From: Acidobacteriota bacterium
GTDB taxonomy: Bacteria > Acidobacteriota > CAIWXX01
Reading direction: 5' to 3'
DNA length: 64,000 nt
NCBI GenBank assembly: GCA_040755995.1
Contig: JBFMAF010000049.1
Span: forward strand, 1-64,000
A model generated the notes under the pieces. That model had not been told where the DNA came from. It was given only the letters and a program-made list of their open reading frames with translations, and made no database searches. Below are positions 10,779-21,431 of this stretch, piece after piece. Position 1 is the first letter of the stretch, and each line of letters begins with the position of its first letter. The translations under genes were made by a program, and so were the position numbers.

Positions 10779-13193
10779 TCAGTCCAATGGATGCAAAAGC
10801 TGGCCCTCGGAATCCTCCCCGAGGAACGGCTTGCGGCACAGGCCCCGCTCGGTCATGTAGATCTCGATGGCCGTGTGTGCCTTGAGCGCTCCGCGGATGA
10901 CAGCCTCCGAGAGCGGGTCCACGATGTATTTCTGCAGGGCACGGCGGAGCGGGCGAGCCCCGTATGTTCGATCCTTGCAGGTCCTTTCGATGATCCATCG
11001 CACCACTTCGGACCTGGTGCTGATCTCGATCTTCTTGTCCCCAAGGGTCTCGTTGATCTGCCCGACCATCAGGTGGACGATGTCGACCAGATCGTCATCG
11101 TTGAGAGACTCGAACACGATGACCTCGTCGAGGCGGTTGAGGAACTCGGGATTGAACGTGCGCTTCACCTCGCTGAGCACCTGCTCACGCACCCGCCCGT
11201 AATTCTCTTCCGGAGAGGCCGACTGGAAACCAACCGTTCCCCGTTTCTCGATGTGACGCGCGCCGATGTTGGAAGTCATGATGATGATCGTGTTCTTGAA
11301 GTCGACGGCGTTGCCGAAAGCGTCGGTCAGCACTCCGTCCTCCAGCACCTGCAACAGGATGTTGAAGATCTGCGGGTGCGCCTTCTCGATCTCGTCGAAG
11401 AGCACTACTGCGTATGGATTGCGCTTGATCTTCTCCGTGAGCTGGCCACCTTCCTCGTGGCCTACGTAGCCCGGCGGCGACCCTATCAGCCTGCTCACCG
11501 AGTGCTTCTCCATGTACTCCGACATGTCGAATTTCACGAGCGCCTTCTCGGTGCCGAAGAGGAACATGGCGAGCGTCCGCGCGACCTCGGTCTTCCCGAC
11601 GCCGGTGGGACCCAGGAACAGAAAGGACCCGATCGGCCGGTTCGGGTTCTTCAAGCCGGCACGGCTCCGTCGAATCGCACGGCTCAGCGCCGAGATCGGC
11701 TCGCGCTGGCTCACGATCCGCTTCTGCAGCTCCTCCTCCATCCTCAACAGCTTCGAGGACTCCTCTTCCTTCAGCGAGGAGATCGGGATGCCCGTCCACT
11801 TCGACACGACCTCCTCGACGTCTCCCCGAGTGACCTCCACAGCCGCGCTGGCCAGCGCCGCCTGCGAGCCCTGCCGCCCGCGACTCACTTGGAAGTCACG
11901 ACGGCGATCGTCGCCGTCGTAGTAAGCGTAAGCGCGCGACTCATAGGCTCCGTATCGCGCGAAGCTGCTCACGCTGCCCGCCATCGCAGCCTCGCGCAGC
12001 TTCACGCGGCTCCCCGCCTCATCCAGCAGATCGATCGCCTTGTCGGGCAGGAAGCGATCGCTGATGTACCGCTGCGAAGCGTACACCGCCACGTCGATCG
12101 CCTCGTCTGTATATCGCACCTGATGGAACGACTCGTATCTCTCCTTGATACCCTGCAGGATCTGGACGGTCTCCACTTCGGTCGGTGGATTGACCTTGAC
12201 TGCCTGGAACCGGCGCTCCAGCGAGCGGTCCTTCTCGATGTGCTTGCGGTACTCGGCCGGGGTCGTGGCACCGATGCACTGGATCTCGCCTCGCGACAGC
12301 GCGGGCTTCAGGATATTGGCGGCGTCCAGCGAGCCCTCGGCCGACCCGGCACCCACCAGGCAGTGCAACTCGTCGATGAAGACGACGACGTCCGGCGACT
12401 CCATGAGCTCCTTCATGATCGCCTTGAGCCGCTCCTCGAACTGTCCGCGATACTTGGTGCCGGCCACGATCAGCGATATGTCGAGCGCCATGATGCGCTT
12501 GTCAGTCAGAAACGGCGGGACGCTCCCGGCGACGATGCGCTGCGCAAGCCCCTCCACGATGGCCGTCTTCCCGACTCCCGGCTCTCCGATCAGAACCGGA
12601 TTGTTCTTGGTGCGGCGGCAAAGGATCTGCACAACCCGCTCGAGCTCGTTCTCGCGGCCGATGAGCGGGTCGAGCAGGTTCTTGGATGCGCTGTCGGTCA
12701 GATCGCGGCTGAATTCCGTCAGAAGCGGAGTCTCAGCCGACTTGGCCTGATGCGCCTTCATCCCGGACATCTGCATGATGTCCTCGCGGACCTCCTGCAA
12801 CCGGATGCCGCGCTCGTTCAGGATCTCGGCGGCTACCGACTTCTCCTCGCGGAGCAGGCCCAGAAGTATGTGCTCGGTGCCGATGTAGTTGTGATGCAGC
12901 TTGTTGGCCTCGTCTTCGGCGTACGCCAGTATCCGCTTGGCCTCCATGCTGAACGCCAGATCAACCGAGGTCCAGACGCGTCCCTTCGAGTGCGTCCGCT
13001 CCTCTATCTCCTTGCGAAGGGAATCGAGCGACAGCCGCGACCTGACGAAGAAGCGGCTGGTGATGCCCTTGCCCTCCCGGAGCAGTCCCAGCAACAGATG
13101 CTCCGTCTCGATCGACGGCGATCCCAGCTGACTGGCCTCGTAGCGCGCATAGAAAAGGACCCGCCGAGCGCGCTCCGTGTACTTCTCGAACAT
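10779..13193 (-). CDS. clpC: ATP-dependent Clp protease ATP-binding subunit (ClpC/ClpA family)
   Basis: [11 protein letters not shown]lp_N, GEPGVGKT and GPTGVGKT Walker A motifs, [11 protein letters not shown] ClpP-docking loop. Confidence 0.93.
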   Translation of the reverse strand: MFEKYTERARRVLFYARYEASQLGSPSIETEHLLLGLLREGKGITSRFFVRSRLSLDSLRKEIEERTHSKGRVWTSVDLAFSMEAKRILAYAEDEANKLHHNYIGTEHILLGLLREEKSVAAEILNERGIRLQEVREDIMQMSGMKAHQAKSAETPLLTEFSRDLTDSASKNLLDPLIGRENELERVVQILCRRTKNNPVLIGEPGVGKTAIVEGLAQRIVAGSVPPFLTDKRIMALDISLIVAGTKYRGQFEERLKAIMKELMESPDVVVFIDELHCLVGAGSAEGSLDAANILKPALSRGEIQCIGATTPAEYRKHIEKDRSLERRFQAVKVNPPTEVETVQILQGIKERYESFHQVRYTDEAIDVAVYASQRYISDRFLPDKAIDLLDEAGSRVKLREAAMAGSVSSFARYGAYESRAYAYYDGDDRRRDFQVSRGRQGSQAALASAAVEVTRGDVEEVVSKWTGIPISSLKEEESSKLLRMEEELQKRIVSQREPISALSRAIRRSRAGLKNPNRPIGSFLFLGPTGVGKTEVARTLAMFLFGTEKALVKFDMSEYMEKHSVSRLIGSPPGYVGHEEGGQLTEKIKRNPYAVVLFDEIEKAHPQIFNILLQVLEDGVLTDAFGNAVDFKNTIIIMTSNIGARHIEKRGTVGFQSASPEENYGRVREQVLSEVKRTFNPEFLNRLDEVIVFESLNDDDLVDIVHLMVGQINETLGDKKIEISTRSEVVRWIIERTCKDRTYGARPLRRALQKYIVDPLSEAVIRGALKAHTAIEIYMTERGLCRKPFLGEDSEGQLLHPLD

Positions 13194-13473
13194 CGTTCGG
13201 TCCCCTTCTACACAGCCTCGAAGCCGATCGACGTATAAGTCTTACCCGCCATCGCGTCCACTTCCGAAATTGTAACAGACCCCCTGGGAAAGATCAATTT
13301 CAGGCGATGCCCGGATGCCCGGTCATGCGGCGGCCTCGCCGTTGTAAGCGTGTGGGTATGGTTGATTGATCCTCATGCCTGGGCGCCGAGTACCCGGTTC
13401 CATGGTTGCCCGTACGTCACATAGCGCGACTTACGTCGTGCTGTATGGCGCGATGTCTCGTCCTGCGGCGGTG

Positions 13474-15534
13474 TTACTTGATCTCGAACAAGAACGTGTT
13501 GCTCTTCTTGCCGTCGATGTCGAGCTGCACCTGAACGAAGCCCTTCTTCAGCCGCTTCGGAATCTGAATCCTTATCCATTTGGCGCTTGCGCGAATCACC
13601 CTGGCAGTCTTCGTGCCGAAGTACACCTTGATCCGGCTGGCGTCGCTAGTGAGATTGGTGCCCCGGATTGTAGCCTGGCTGCCGGGCTGGGACGTTTTCG
13701 ACTTGATGCTCTTGATCGTCGGGCAGTCCGGGCAGCTTGCCCCCACAGTCACGGTCACGGTCTGGCTGTCGGCCGTCCCGCACGCGTTCGCGACACGCAC
13801 CCAGAAGGTGGTGGTCACGCCAAGTGCAGGCGTGACGAACGTGTTGGAGTCGCTCCCGACAGCGAGCGATGTGTCTCCAGTCGCCCCCTGGTACCATTGG
13901 CAGTGCAGCGGTGTCGAGCCGGAGGCCACTACCATCAGCACGGCCGTCTGTCCACTCGCAATCGACTGGTCCTGTGGCTGCTGTACGATCGAGGGGGACA
14001 TGCAGCCCCCGCCGCCGATCGTTATGATCGCCGTGCTGCTGTCCGCGACACCGCAAGCGTTGTGAACGTGCACCCAGTAAGACGTGGTCGCCGAGAGCGG
14101 AGTCGTCGTGTAGGCGGGGGCGTCCGAGCCGACAGGTGTTGACGTGTCACCCGTGGACCCCTTGTACCACTGATAGTGGAGCGGTGACGTCCCGGCAGCC
14201 GAGACGCTCAAAGCGGCTGACTGGCCGCTCGCAATTGTCTGGCTCTGGGGATGTGTCGTGATTCCAGGCGGCGTGCACGTAGTCACCGTCACGGTGGCAG
14301 TACCGCTGTCAGCCGTGCCGCACGCGTTGGTCACCCGTACCCAGTAACTGGTCGTCAGCGTCAGCGGCGGCGTAGTGTAAGCATCTGCGTCGCTCCCAAC
14401 CGGTGTCGACGTATCACCCGCCGTACCCTGGTACCACTGGTAATGCAGCGTCGGGGCACCGGAGGCGGTGGCGGTCAGCGCGGCGGACTGCCCGCTCAGG
14501 ATCGTCTGGCTCTGGGGGTTCGCGACGACCATCGGCGCCGCGCAGCCGCCTGAGTACACCAGGTATGTCGCCTCGCACGCCACCCGCGCCGACGTGTACT
14601 TGATCCTCATGTACCCGCCCTCTCCCCAGGACGCGCCCCAGCTGTTCCTCAGGTAGAAGACCCCCTCGGCATCGTTCCATCCGACGAGCGCGACAGCATG
14701 GTTGGTAGGGGTGTAGTCGCAAGGATTCGAGTAGCACGTGGTGAGGGTATCCTGATAGATTCCCCCGCCGTATGCCTGGAAGGCCGGCCCCACGTACACC
14801 GCCGCATCGACCACACCGTAGGTCATGATGGCCGTCTTTATGGCGGCCACGTCGTTGCAGGGTATCCGATGCCACTCCGCGAACTGCACCCTGGGGTCGC
14901 CCATGTGGGTGCATGATCCGGGATCGATGGTGGTGTATGGAAAGTAGGACTCGTTGCAGATGCCGTAGTCCACCAGCGCCTGCAGCTCGTAGTAGTCGTA
15001 ATCCGCGCCGTTGCAGCCGTAGAAGTGGTCGCCATAGGGGGAGATCCGGCTCATGCACCAGATGATGAAGGACTCCGAGAAATCGGCGCACGCGCCGTCA
15101 TACAGTCCGTTCGCATAGTTGTAGACGCCCTCGGCCGAGGCCGCAGCCCCAAACGAGTAGCATGATCCGCAATTGCCCTGATTCCTGACCGATCCGATAT
15201 ACGAGCGCCCGCTCACGTTGCGCCAGTCGAACTGGGCTGGAAGGGCTTTGCCCAGATGCTCCTGCAACGGGCCGATCTCGTCCGAGATCCTGGCTCCTGG
15301 GTGCCAGGGCGAAGGGTGCCGCGAGAGAAACTGCGCCTTCTCCTCCTTGCTCATGTCGAACACCCAGTTGTGGGCGACGGTAAACCCGTATCCGTTCTGA
15401 TCGATCTTCGCCCGAATCTCCTCGATCGTATCGTCATCCTCGAAATCTTCTCGGCTCTGAGCCGAGACCGGTATGCCCAGGACGAGGGCAGCCATGGCCA
15501 CAATGAATGCGTTTGACAGGCGCCGTGCGTGCAT
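13474..15534 (-). CDS. secreted papain-family (C1) cysteine peptidase with three Ig-like repeats and a C-terminal IPT/TIG-like domain
   Basis: FDWR, QGNCGSCY, NHAVALVGW, RNSWG; signal peptide; start at MHARR behind GGGGGAGG. Confidence 0.9.
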   Translation of the reverse strand: MHARRLSNAFIVAMAALVLGIPVSAQSREDFEDDDTIEEIRAKIDQNGYGFTVAHNWVFDMSKEEKAQFLSRHPSPWHPGARISDEIGPLQEHLGKALPAQFDWRNVSGRSYIGSVRNQGNCGSCYSFGAAASAEGVYNYANGLYDGACADFSESFIIWCMSRISPYGDHFYGCNGADYDYYELQALVDYGICNESYFPYTTIDPGSCTHMGDPRVQFAEWHRIPCNDVAAIKTAIMTYGVVDAAVYVGPAFQAYGGGIYQDTLTTCYSNPCDYTPTNHAVALVGWNDAEGVFYLRNSWGASWGEGGYMRIKYTSARVACEATYLVYSGGCAAPMVVANPQSQTILSGQSAALTATASGAPTLHYQWYQGTAGDTSTPVGSDADAYTTPPLTLTTSYWVRVTNACGTADSGTATVTVTTCTPPGITTHPQSQTIASGQSAALSVSAAGTSPLHYQWYKGSTGDTSTPVGSDAPAYTTTPLSATTSYWVHVHNACGVADSSTAIITIGGGGCMSPSIVQQPQDQSIASGQTAVLMVVASGSTPLHCQWYQGATGDTSLAVGSDSNTFVTPALGVTTTFWVRVANACGTADSQTVTVTVGASCPDCPTIKSIKSKTSQPGSQATIRGTNLTSDASRIKVYFGTKTARVIRASAKWIRIQIPKRLKKGFVQVQLDIDGKKSNTFLFEIK
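13742..14536 (-). repeat. three intragenic ~87-aa Ig-like repeats
   Basis: PQ.Q.I.SGQ.A.L...A.G...LH.QWY.G..GDTS..VGSD....TTP.L..TT..WV.V.NACG.ADS repeated three times. Confidence 0.9.
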
Positions 15535-15736
15535 CGTTTCCTCCCCCCACTTCTGTTTCCGTATCAATCCTGCGAATGCTAGCACAACTCCTACGCCCGC
15601 GGCCACGCAATCCATCCATCCTTCTCGTCGCGGCGCCGTACTCGTCGCGCAGATGGCCAGGCGGCCGACGGATCCGCATGAGCCTCGACGCGACCCTCGC
15701 GCGCGACAGTGAGGCGACCCGGGGCTCGTCGAGCGG

Positions 15737-16612
15737 CTACCTTCTGTAGAGGAAGATCGTGTGGTTCTTGCCCTCGCTATCCGTCATCCGCGTCGATTCG
15801 ATTTCTTTGGCCTCCCACCCTGGGATCGGATAGTTGTGTGACACAACCATCGTCCCGGGCTTCAGCTCCCTGTCGAATTTGGGCCGCAGCAGCTCGTTCG
15901 ACTCGGTTAGCAGATACAACGTCACGACCGTCGCCGCCGAGATGTCAGTCATCGTCGCATCCTCCAGACGGAACGAAACCAGAGCCTCCACACCGGCCCT
16001 TGCGGCGTTCTCCCGTGATTCGTCGATGCGGGCAGGATCGATGTCGATGCCGACGCCGCGGCAGCCGTGCTTCCGTGCCGCCTCGATCACTATCCGCCCG
16101 TCGCCGCAACCGATGTCATACACAACGTCCTTCTTCCCGACCTTGGCCATCTCCATCATCCTGCCGACCACCTCGGGTGGTGTGGGTACGTACGGTGCGA
16201 GGTCCTCCGCGTCCTCACGTCCATGCGAGCCGGTCCAGAGGTCCAGCTTGCCGGCACTATCATACCGGAACGAATACGGCTTCCCCGGCTCCAGCGAGTA
16301 TGACACATCGCTGCCGTCCTTGGCGAAGATGACCACCATGGTCTCTCTCGCCGAGATGCGGTCGACGGCCCCCACGCCGAGCCTCCTCTCCACCGGCGAC
16401 TCCTCCGAGCCGTCCGGCTTCAGCCGGTATGTCACGGCCTCCCTGGTCACGTTGCGGATCGTGATCTCAGCGGGAGGCGACGGCTGCGTCTGCGGGACGG
16501 AGGTCGCGGCAACCTCAGGGGCCGCAGCGGGCCCGCGCCCCATGAAGACAAGGGCCGCGGCACCCCCAACGACCAATGATGCCAGGATGCCGATCTTGAT
16601 CAGCCGGGCCAT
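15737..16612 (-). CDS. class I SAM-dependent methyltransferase with an N-terminal membrane anchor and extra domain
   Basis: APYVPTP, YDIGCGDGR, ATVVTLYL, LKPGT.VVSH; hydrophobic N-terminus; start inferred at 16612. Confidence 0.85.
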   Translation of the reverse strand: MARLIKIGILASLVVGGAAALVFMGRGPAAAPEVAATSVPQTQPSPPAEITIRNVTREAVTYRLKPDGSEESPVERRLGVGAVDRISARETMVVIFAKDGSDVSYSLEPGKPYSFRYDSAGKLDLWTGSHGREDAEDLAPYVPTPPEVVGRMMEMAKVGKKDVVYDIGCGDGRIVIEAARKHGCRGVGIDIDPARIDESRENAARAGVEALVSFRLEDATMTDISAATVVTLYLLTESNELLRPKFDRELKPGTMVVSHNYPIPGWEAKEIESTRMTDSEGKNHTIFLYRR

Positions 16613-16775
16613 GTCACGCCGACTATATCCGGCAGCACCACAACCGTCAACCGCCAACCCGCCAAGGTTGCCTTTGACTACGCTCCGTCGATCGGGCGTA
16701 CTCCGAGGATGTCGCAGCTCGGAGCGATGTGGAACCTGAGATGCCACAGCCCACGGGCACGCGCCGTCTGATCAC

Positions 16776-17444
16776 ATGAGCAATTGCGGCTGCGAGGACG
16801 AAAGGGAGGAAGGCGGAGAGAGGGAGGAGTTCGGCGAGCTCGTCAAGTTCACGATCGGCGGCTACGCCGCGGGGCTTCTCGCCGGAGCGCTCCTGGACCA
16901 CTTCGGTCTCCAACGAAGCGGCGCCGGCCAGTGGCTGGTGCGCACGCTCGCCGGCGAGGGCGAGAGCATCTTCGAAGGCATCTACGCAATCCGCGCGCGA
17001 TTCCGGCGCGCCGCAGGATCGCTGGCGGAAGCCTACGGCTGGGGAAAGCTGCTTGGCATGGGCGCGCCCTGGATCATAGACTGGGGCAGCAGGCTCGCCG
17101 GTGTAGACGTCTACGGCGTCGGCGGCTTCTATATCCCGTACTTCTACGCGATGAGCGACCAGATCGGGGCGAACGTCTCCGGCCTGGTCTATCTCCGCCG
17201 GAAGGAGGGCAATTATGCCGCTGCGCTCCGTCGCTACGCGCGCAGCGCCGTCATGCTGACGAGCCTGGCCGTCATACTCGCTGTGCCCGTCGGCCTGCTC
17301 GTCGTGCGGCTCGCCGAGTTCAGCCCCACGACTCAGACTGTCACTGCGCTGGAGACGATCGCCGCGAATCTCTGCTGGCTTCCGCCGCTAGTCGGATGGC
17401 TGCGCGAGAGGGCCGAGCGCCGCACCGGACATCAACCCGGATAG
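16776..17444 (+). CDS. hypothetical membrane protein
   Basis: 222-aa ORF with hydrophobic segments and coding-like codon usage. Confidence 0.65.
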   Translation: MSNCGCEDEREEGGEREEFGELVKFTIGGYAAGLLAGALLDHFGLQRSGAGQWLVRTLAGEGESIFEGIYAIRARFRRAAGSLAEAYGWGKLLGMGAPWIIDWGSRLAGVDVYGVGGFYIPYFYAMSDQIGANVSGLVYLRRKEGNYAAALRRYARSAVMLTSLAVILAVPVGLLVVRLAEFSPTTQTVTALETIAANLCWLPPLVGWLRERAERRTGHQPG

Positions 17445-19043
17445 CCGCTCGTACGTCGCCGCCAGCTCTGCACGCAAGTCGTCGAACTCGATGGCTGTGA
17501 AGTGACCGTCAGGCCGCAAGCATGCGACGTCCGGCGGCAGCAGGCCATCCCACGAGTGGGCGAGCTGCGGGAAGGCGGCGCGTCCCAGCGAGCGCAGCGC
17601 GGTCACTCCGCAGGCTCCTGCCTCCGTCGCGAACTCCTCGACGCGTTCCGCGGCGATTGATACGCTGATCGACTGGAGATTCGACGGAGGAATCCAGCGC
17701 AGGTACCGAGATACATCCGCCACGTCCCGCACCGGCCGGACTACGATCACCCGGCCCATGCAAAGATTCACAGCCTTGCGCATCGACTCCGGGTCCCCCG
17801 CCCGCGCATCCACGATGACCGCGAAATCGTCGTCGTAGGTGGAGCACAAGCGGACCGGGTGCCGGCCGCCGAGGGACGCATGGGTATCGAACGCGCGGTG
17901 GATGAGGCGTCGCGGCGTCGACCCGCGCGGCAGCAGGCGCGCCACCGCACGCATCCGATCGGCCAGCTCACGAGCATACGCCTCGGCATCACCAGCCACG
18001 AAATGCACGCGAGCCGAGAGACAGCCGTTCTGGTCCCACATCGAGGAATCGACGGCTGAGAGGAGAGCGAGGTGGTGCGGATCAGGCGACCCGGGCAAGC
18101 GCACCTGATCGGCCTCGACTACAGCGAAGCTCACCTTGTGCCCATGTCGATGGAACCGGAGTGCCGGAGCGACCTGGCTTCGGACCGAATCCAGCGCGGC
18201 GATCGTGTCGTCGCCGGCCGCCGCGATCATCAGCCCAGCTTGACTCATCAGGCGGGCCTGCAGAGAGCTTTCCTGGTAGTCCCACACAAGGAGGGCCAAC
18301 GCGCCCAGCAGGCCCGGATCCACCGATTCGATCGCCGACAACACCAGCGGCGCAAAGAGAGGCTCGTGGCGACTGTTGCGGACGAGCACGGCAGGAGCGC
18401 GGCCTGAAGGGGGACCCGCGTAGTTCGCGAGGCTCGCGAGCAGCCCGATCATCAACGCCGTGCCAGGCACATTGCCGGCGGCGAATCCCAGGGCCAGGTC
18501 CGTGCTCGGAGCGCCCCGGAAGATCGCGCCGGAGCTCCTGAGGCGGTGCAGCATTCGATCCGTCGCACGGCGCGGGTAGAAACGTACGAGACCCGGAAGG
18601 CCGGGGATCCGCTCCCAGCGCCTGGCTGATGACCACGCGGGCAGGGAGTCCATCGAGTGTGCCAGCAACGCGGGGTCCACGATTTCTCCGAGGCCGAAGG
18701 CCGATTGGATCATCGCCGGCGAGTAGCCGGTGCAGGCGGCCAGCGTTGGCGACATGACCCGGAGGCGCTCGCTGAGCAGCGAGCGAGTGCGATCGATTGC
18801 GTCCTTCCATCGGGCGAGGATCTCCCGGCCGCCGGCAGACCGCGCCCGCTGGAGCTCAGGTATGAGCCGGCTCCACTGGGGGTCCGTGAGTCGCGGCCAT
18901 CGCACAGGCACCGCACCGGGAAAGTCTGAAGTCACGATGGCGCCATCGCGCAGCCAGAGCGTTTCCCATTCCGCCTCCGCCAGCACCCGATCGCGCAGGG
19001 CTCGTGGGAGCCAGAATCCGTCGAGGGCGCACCCTGCCGCCAT
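17388..19043 (-). CDS. LuxC-family acyl-CoA reductase
   Basis: AAGNVP, HGHKVSF, DQNGCLS (catalytic Cys), HSWDG; start at 19043, 4 nt after the upstream stop. Confidence 0.8.
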   Translation of the reverse strand: MAAGCALDGFWLPRALRDRVLAEAEWETLWLRDGAIVTSDFPGAVPVRWPRLTDPQWSRLIPELQRARSAGGREILARWKDAIDRTRSLLSERLRVMSPTLAACTGYSPAMIQSAFGLGEIVDPALLAHSMDSLPAWSSARRWERIPGLPGLVRFYPRRATDRMLHRLRSSGAIFRGAPSTDLALGFAAGNVPGTALMIGLLASLANYAGPPSGRAPAVLVRNSRHEPLFAPLVLSAIESVDPGLLGALALLVWDYQESSLQARLMSQAGLMIAAAGDDTIAALDSVRSQVAPALRFHRHGHKVSFAVVEADQVRLPGSPDPHHLALLSAVDSSMWDQNGCLSARVHFVAGDAEAYARELADRMRAVARLLPRGSTPRRLIHRAFDTHASLGGRHPVRLCSTYDDDFAVIVDARAGDPESMRKAVNLCMGRVIVVRPVRDVADVSRYLRWIPPSNLQSISVSIAAERVEEFATEAGACGVTALRSLGRAAFPQLAHSWDGLLPPDVACLRPDGHFTAIEFDDLRAELAATYERLSGLMSGAALGPLAQPSD

Positions 19044-19047
19044 GGTT

Positions 19048-20364
19048 TCAAATCTGGGCCGCGCAGCCGGCCTCTTCGAGAAGGTCCACGCGCCGGATGG
19101 CGCCGGCGATGTACGAGGTGTCGAGGCCGCAGGGGCAGGCCAGGGCCGGATCGTAGGCGCTGCCGTTGACGAGCCGGACGCGATCGGCGGTCTGGAAGAA
19201 TGGAGGTATGAGGGCGCCGCCACCCAGCGGGTCGTAGAAGGCCAACAGCCCCTTGGAGTCAGCCCCGGGGATAATCCGGTCGTGGTCATCCGTCACCACG
19301 GCGTGGACCCAAGGCGGTATGTGGTAATTCCCTTCAGGGCATTCGAACGCAGCCCAGTTGGCCTCCGCCATTCCGTATACATCGGAAACGGGCGTGCCGG
19401 CGAACGCACGGCGCAGATCCTCGCGGACTTGAGCCGGAGTTGAATGATACCGTTCCTTGATTCCGCCTCCAGTCGCGACCCGGCTGCCTGCCGGCAGGTC
19501 GACCGAGGTCACCTGGGCTATGGCGTGCAGCTGAACCAGACCACCAAGCAACAGGACTGGGCCACCGGCCCGGGCAGATTCGTTGAGGCAGTCGATGGTG
19601 TGCCTGACGTATTTTGGTCTTGCCAGATGGTCGTTTGCCCACCACATGAACGGATGAATCAAGCGGCGTTCGACTAGGCCTTCGATGCCCGGACGAAACC
19701 TGCGCCCGGCACGTATGCGAAGGCGGTCTGGGGTAGCCGAAAACGGCATGGTGTAGTGCACCGAGCCCTCGGCTGCCCAGTTCATATGGCGGGCTCCAAC
19801 CCGCGCCACTCGCGCCATGGCGACTCGCGTCTCTCGAGGCATCATGAAGACCAGAGTGGCGCCGCGCTGGAGGCCCCACGAGCGCTGGATTGCCAGAAAG
19901 AACGACCGGATCGCGATGTCGATCGTCGCAGCGTCCCGAACGACGAAGCTAGGTTGTCCGGATGTCCCGGTCGAGGACACGATTTCGATTCCCAGGTCCG
20001 AGTACGCGCGCTCGATATCGCACAACAGTCCCTCGACCGTGCGATAGCGCCGGCGGATGAGCGGCCGGCGATCCTCCGGCAGCGCGATCGAGAGCTGGTC
20101 GCCCAGCCAGTCGAGGAAGGCGGCGGGGTGGTCCTGAGGGAAATGGCCGACGTGGTCAACGTAGCTCTTGAACGTGACGGCGGCGGGGCGCAGGAGTCGA
20201 GGCAGATCGTCCTGCGTAATCACGTGGCCGACACCCCGGGCAGAAAGCGTCCGGCGGTAGGCCACGTTGCGTTCGAAGTGATACCTGTGCTGGACGGCAA
20301 TCTCGTCTGCCAGTACACGAGAGCGTTCCGCGGCGGGGATCGAGTAGAAGCGCTCTAGGGGCAT
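19048..20364 (-). CDS. LuxE-family acyl-protein synthetase (ANL-like)
   Basis: SSTGTSG, TGGG.K, DVYGMAE, GLLAFYDP, QTAD, C-terminal GC. Confidence 0.8.
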   Translation of the reverse strand: MPLERFYSIPAAERSRVLADEIAVQHRYHFERNVAYRRTLSARGVGHVITQDDLPRLLRPAAVTFKSYVDHVGHFPQDHPAAFLDWLGDQLSIALPEDRRPLIRRRYRTVEGLLCDIERAYSDLGIEIVSSTGTSGQPSFVVRDAATIDIAIRSFFLAIQRSWGLQRGATLVFMMPRETRVAMARVARVGARHMNWAAEGSVHYTMPFSATPDRLRIRAGRRFRPGIEGLVERRLIHPFMWWANDHLARPKYVRHTIDCLNESARAGGPVLLLGGLVQLHAIAQVTSVDLPAGSRVATGGGIKERYHSTPAQVREDLRRAFAGTPVSDVYGMAEANWAAFECPEGNYHIPPWVHAVVTDDHDRIIPGADSKGLLAFYDPLGGGALIPPFFQTADRVRLVNGSAYDPALACPCGLDTSYIAGAIRRVDLLEEAGCAAQI

Positions 20365-20494
20365 TTGGCTGTCAATGTGCTATGCTCAGAGCCGGAACCC
20401 GGGTTTCGGAATCATCATGGCTGGCCACCCTGCTGCATGCGCTGCTTGCGGCCGCCAACATAGCACAATCGCGGGAACCGTGCTTCTGGTGTGA

Positions 20495-21010
20495 GTGATG
20501 CTCGACACTGATGGTCCGTCTCAGACCGCGACTGAGTGTGAGCCGCGTACTGGCGATGTTTCGTCACAGCCGAATCCGTTAGCCAAGGCCGCCGCTCTCT
20601 TGCTCTACTGTCCCGTGGCTGATTTCGTGTACCTGCTCGCCATATCACCCGCTCTGGCCGCTCTGCAGGAACGAGGGCTGTCGATCGCGGGCAGCCGGGC
20701 GATCCTGCTGGTGACTCTGGCATCCTATGCGCTGCTGACACCGGTGGCCCTCTACGTGGTTCTCAACCGCGCCCGGCATCTCATACGAAACTTCGTTTCC
20801 GGGCTCTTCCTCGGCTTCCTCGCATCGCTTGTTGCGCTGTTCGTCTACGCGCAGTACATCATCGCCTCGGGCCGCGCCAAGACAACCCTTTTCATATGGG
20901 TGTGCCTGCTGTCTTCGGCCGCCCTGGCGCTGCTCTGGAGCGGGCCGGTGATCGCGTGGCGCGAACACAGCCGGGGACGTCGATCGGCTGTGCCATCGTC
21001 CTCGCCGTGA
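20495..21010 (+). CDS. hypothetical integral membrane protein
   Basis: About four hydrophobic segments; start uncertain. Confidence 0.55.
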   Translation: MMLDTDGPSQTATECEPRTGDVSSQPNPLAKAAALLLYCPVADFVYLLAISPALAALQERGLSIAGSRAILLVTLASYALLTPVALYVVLNRARHLIRNFVSGLFLGFLASLVALFVYAQYIIASGRAKTTLFIWVCLLSSAALALLWSGPVIAWREHSRGRRSAVPSSSP

Positions 21011-21114
21011 GAGTCCGACACCGAAGCCTGTCCTACGACACCTCGAAGAGGGTGGAGACACGCACTTCGAAACCCGGCAGGACGTCCTCTCCGATGAGGC
21101 GTTGCGGATCTCGC

Positions 21115-21291
21115 CTACTTCTTCTCCTCATAGAGCATCTTGAGCGTGATGGCGAGCAGCCAGAATGCAACGGCGCCGCGCCAGTAGCCCTGCGGGCTGA
21201 ACATACAAAACGTGCCGACGAAGCGCTCCACGGCTCCAGCGAGCAGTGCCACGATCCCGAGGATTGTGAGCAGCCAGAGAACCTTCTTCAT
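21115..21291 (-). CDS. small two-TM membrane protein
   Basis: MKKVLWLLTILG...; RBS AAGGAGG and extended -10 upstream. Confidence 0.7.
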   Translation of the reverse strand: MKKVLWLLTILGIVALLAGAVERFVGTFCMFSPQGYWRGAVAFWLLAITLKMLYEEKK

Positions 21292-21312
21292 GGGGCCTCC
21301 TTGTTGGCGGCG

Positions 21313-21376
21313 ATTATAGCACACCATCGCTCCGGCCTCTCGCACCCTCCTCAAACACCGGAGTGCTTGCTATAAT
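21313..21376. promoter_or_regulatory. divergent extended -10 promoters
   Basis: TGcTATAAT on the minus strand (21321-21313) and on the plus strand (21368-21376). Confidence 0.6.
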
Positions 21377-21431
21377 ACGCCCCTTTGGACGCTGAACCTC
21401 TATCGGAACGCGGCAGGCGCGGAGCGCAGTC

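Noticed and set aside
10791..13238. 815-aa plus-strand ORF, and similar long ORFs at 8810, 29263, 33996, 48116, 49872 and 60696
   Set aside because: Antisense shadows of well-supported genes, as expected in high-GC DNA.
13742..14536. Regularly spaced DNA repeats, considered as a CRISPR array
   Set aside because: They are coding Ig-like domain repeats; there is no repeat-spacer structure and no cas genes.
17388..20364. Bioluminescence operon (luxC/E with ribH in the same window)
   Set aside because: No luxA, luxB or luxD; ribH is 33 kb away in its ordinary ribH-nusB context.
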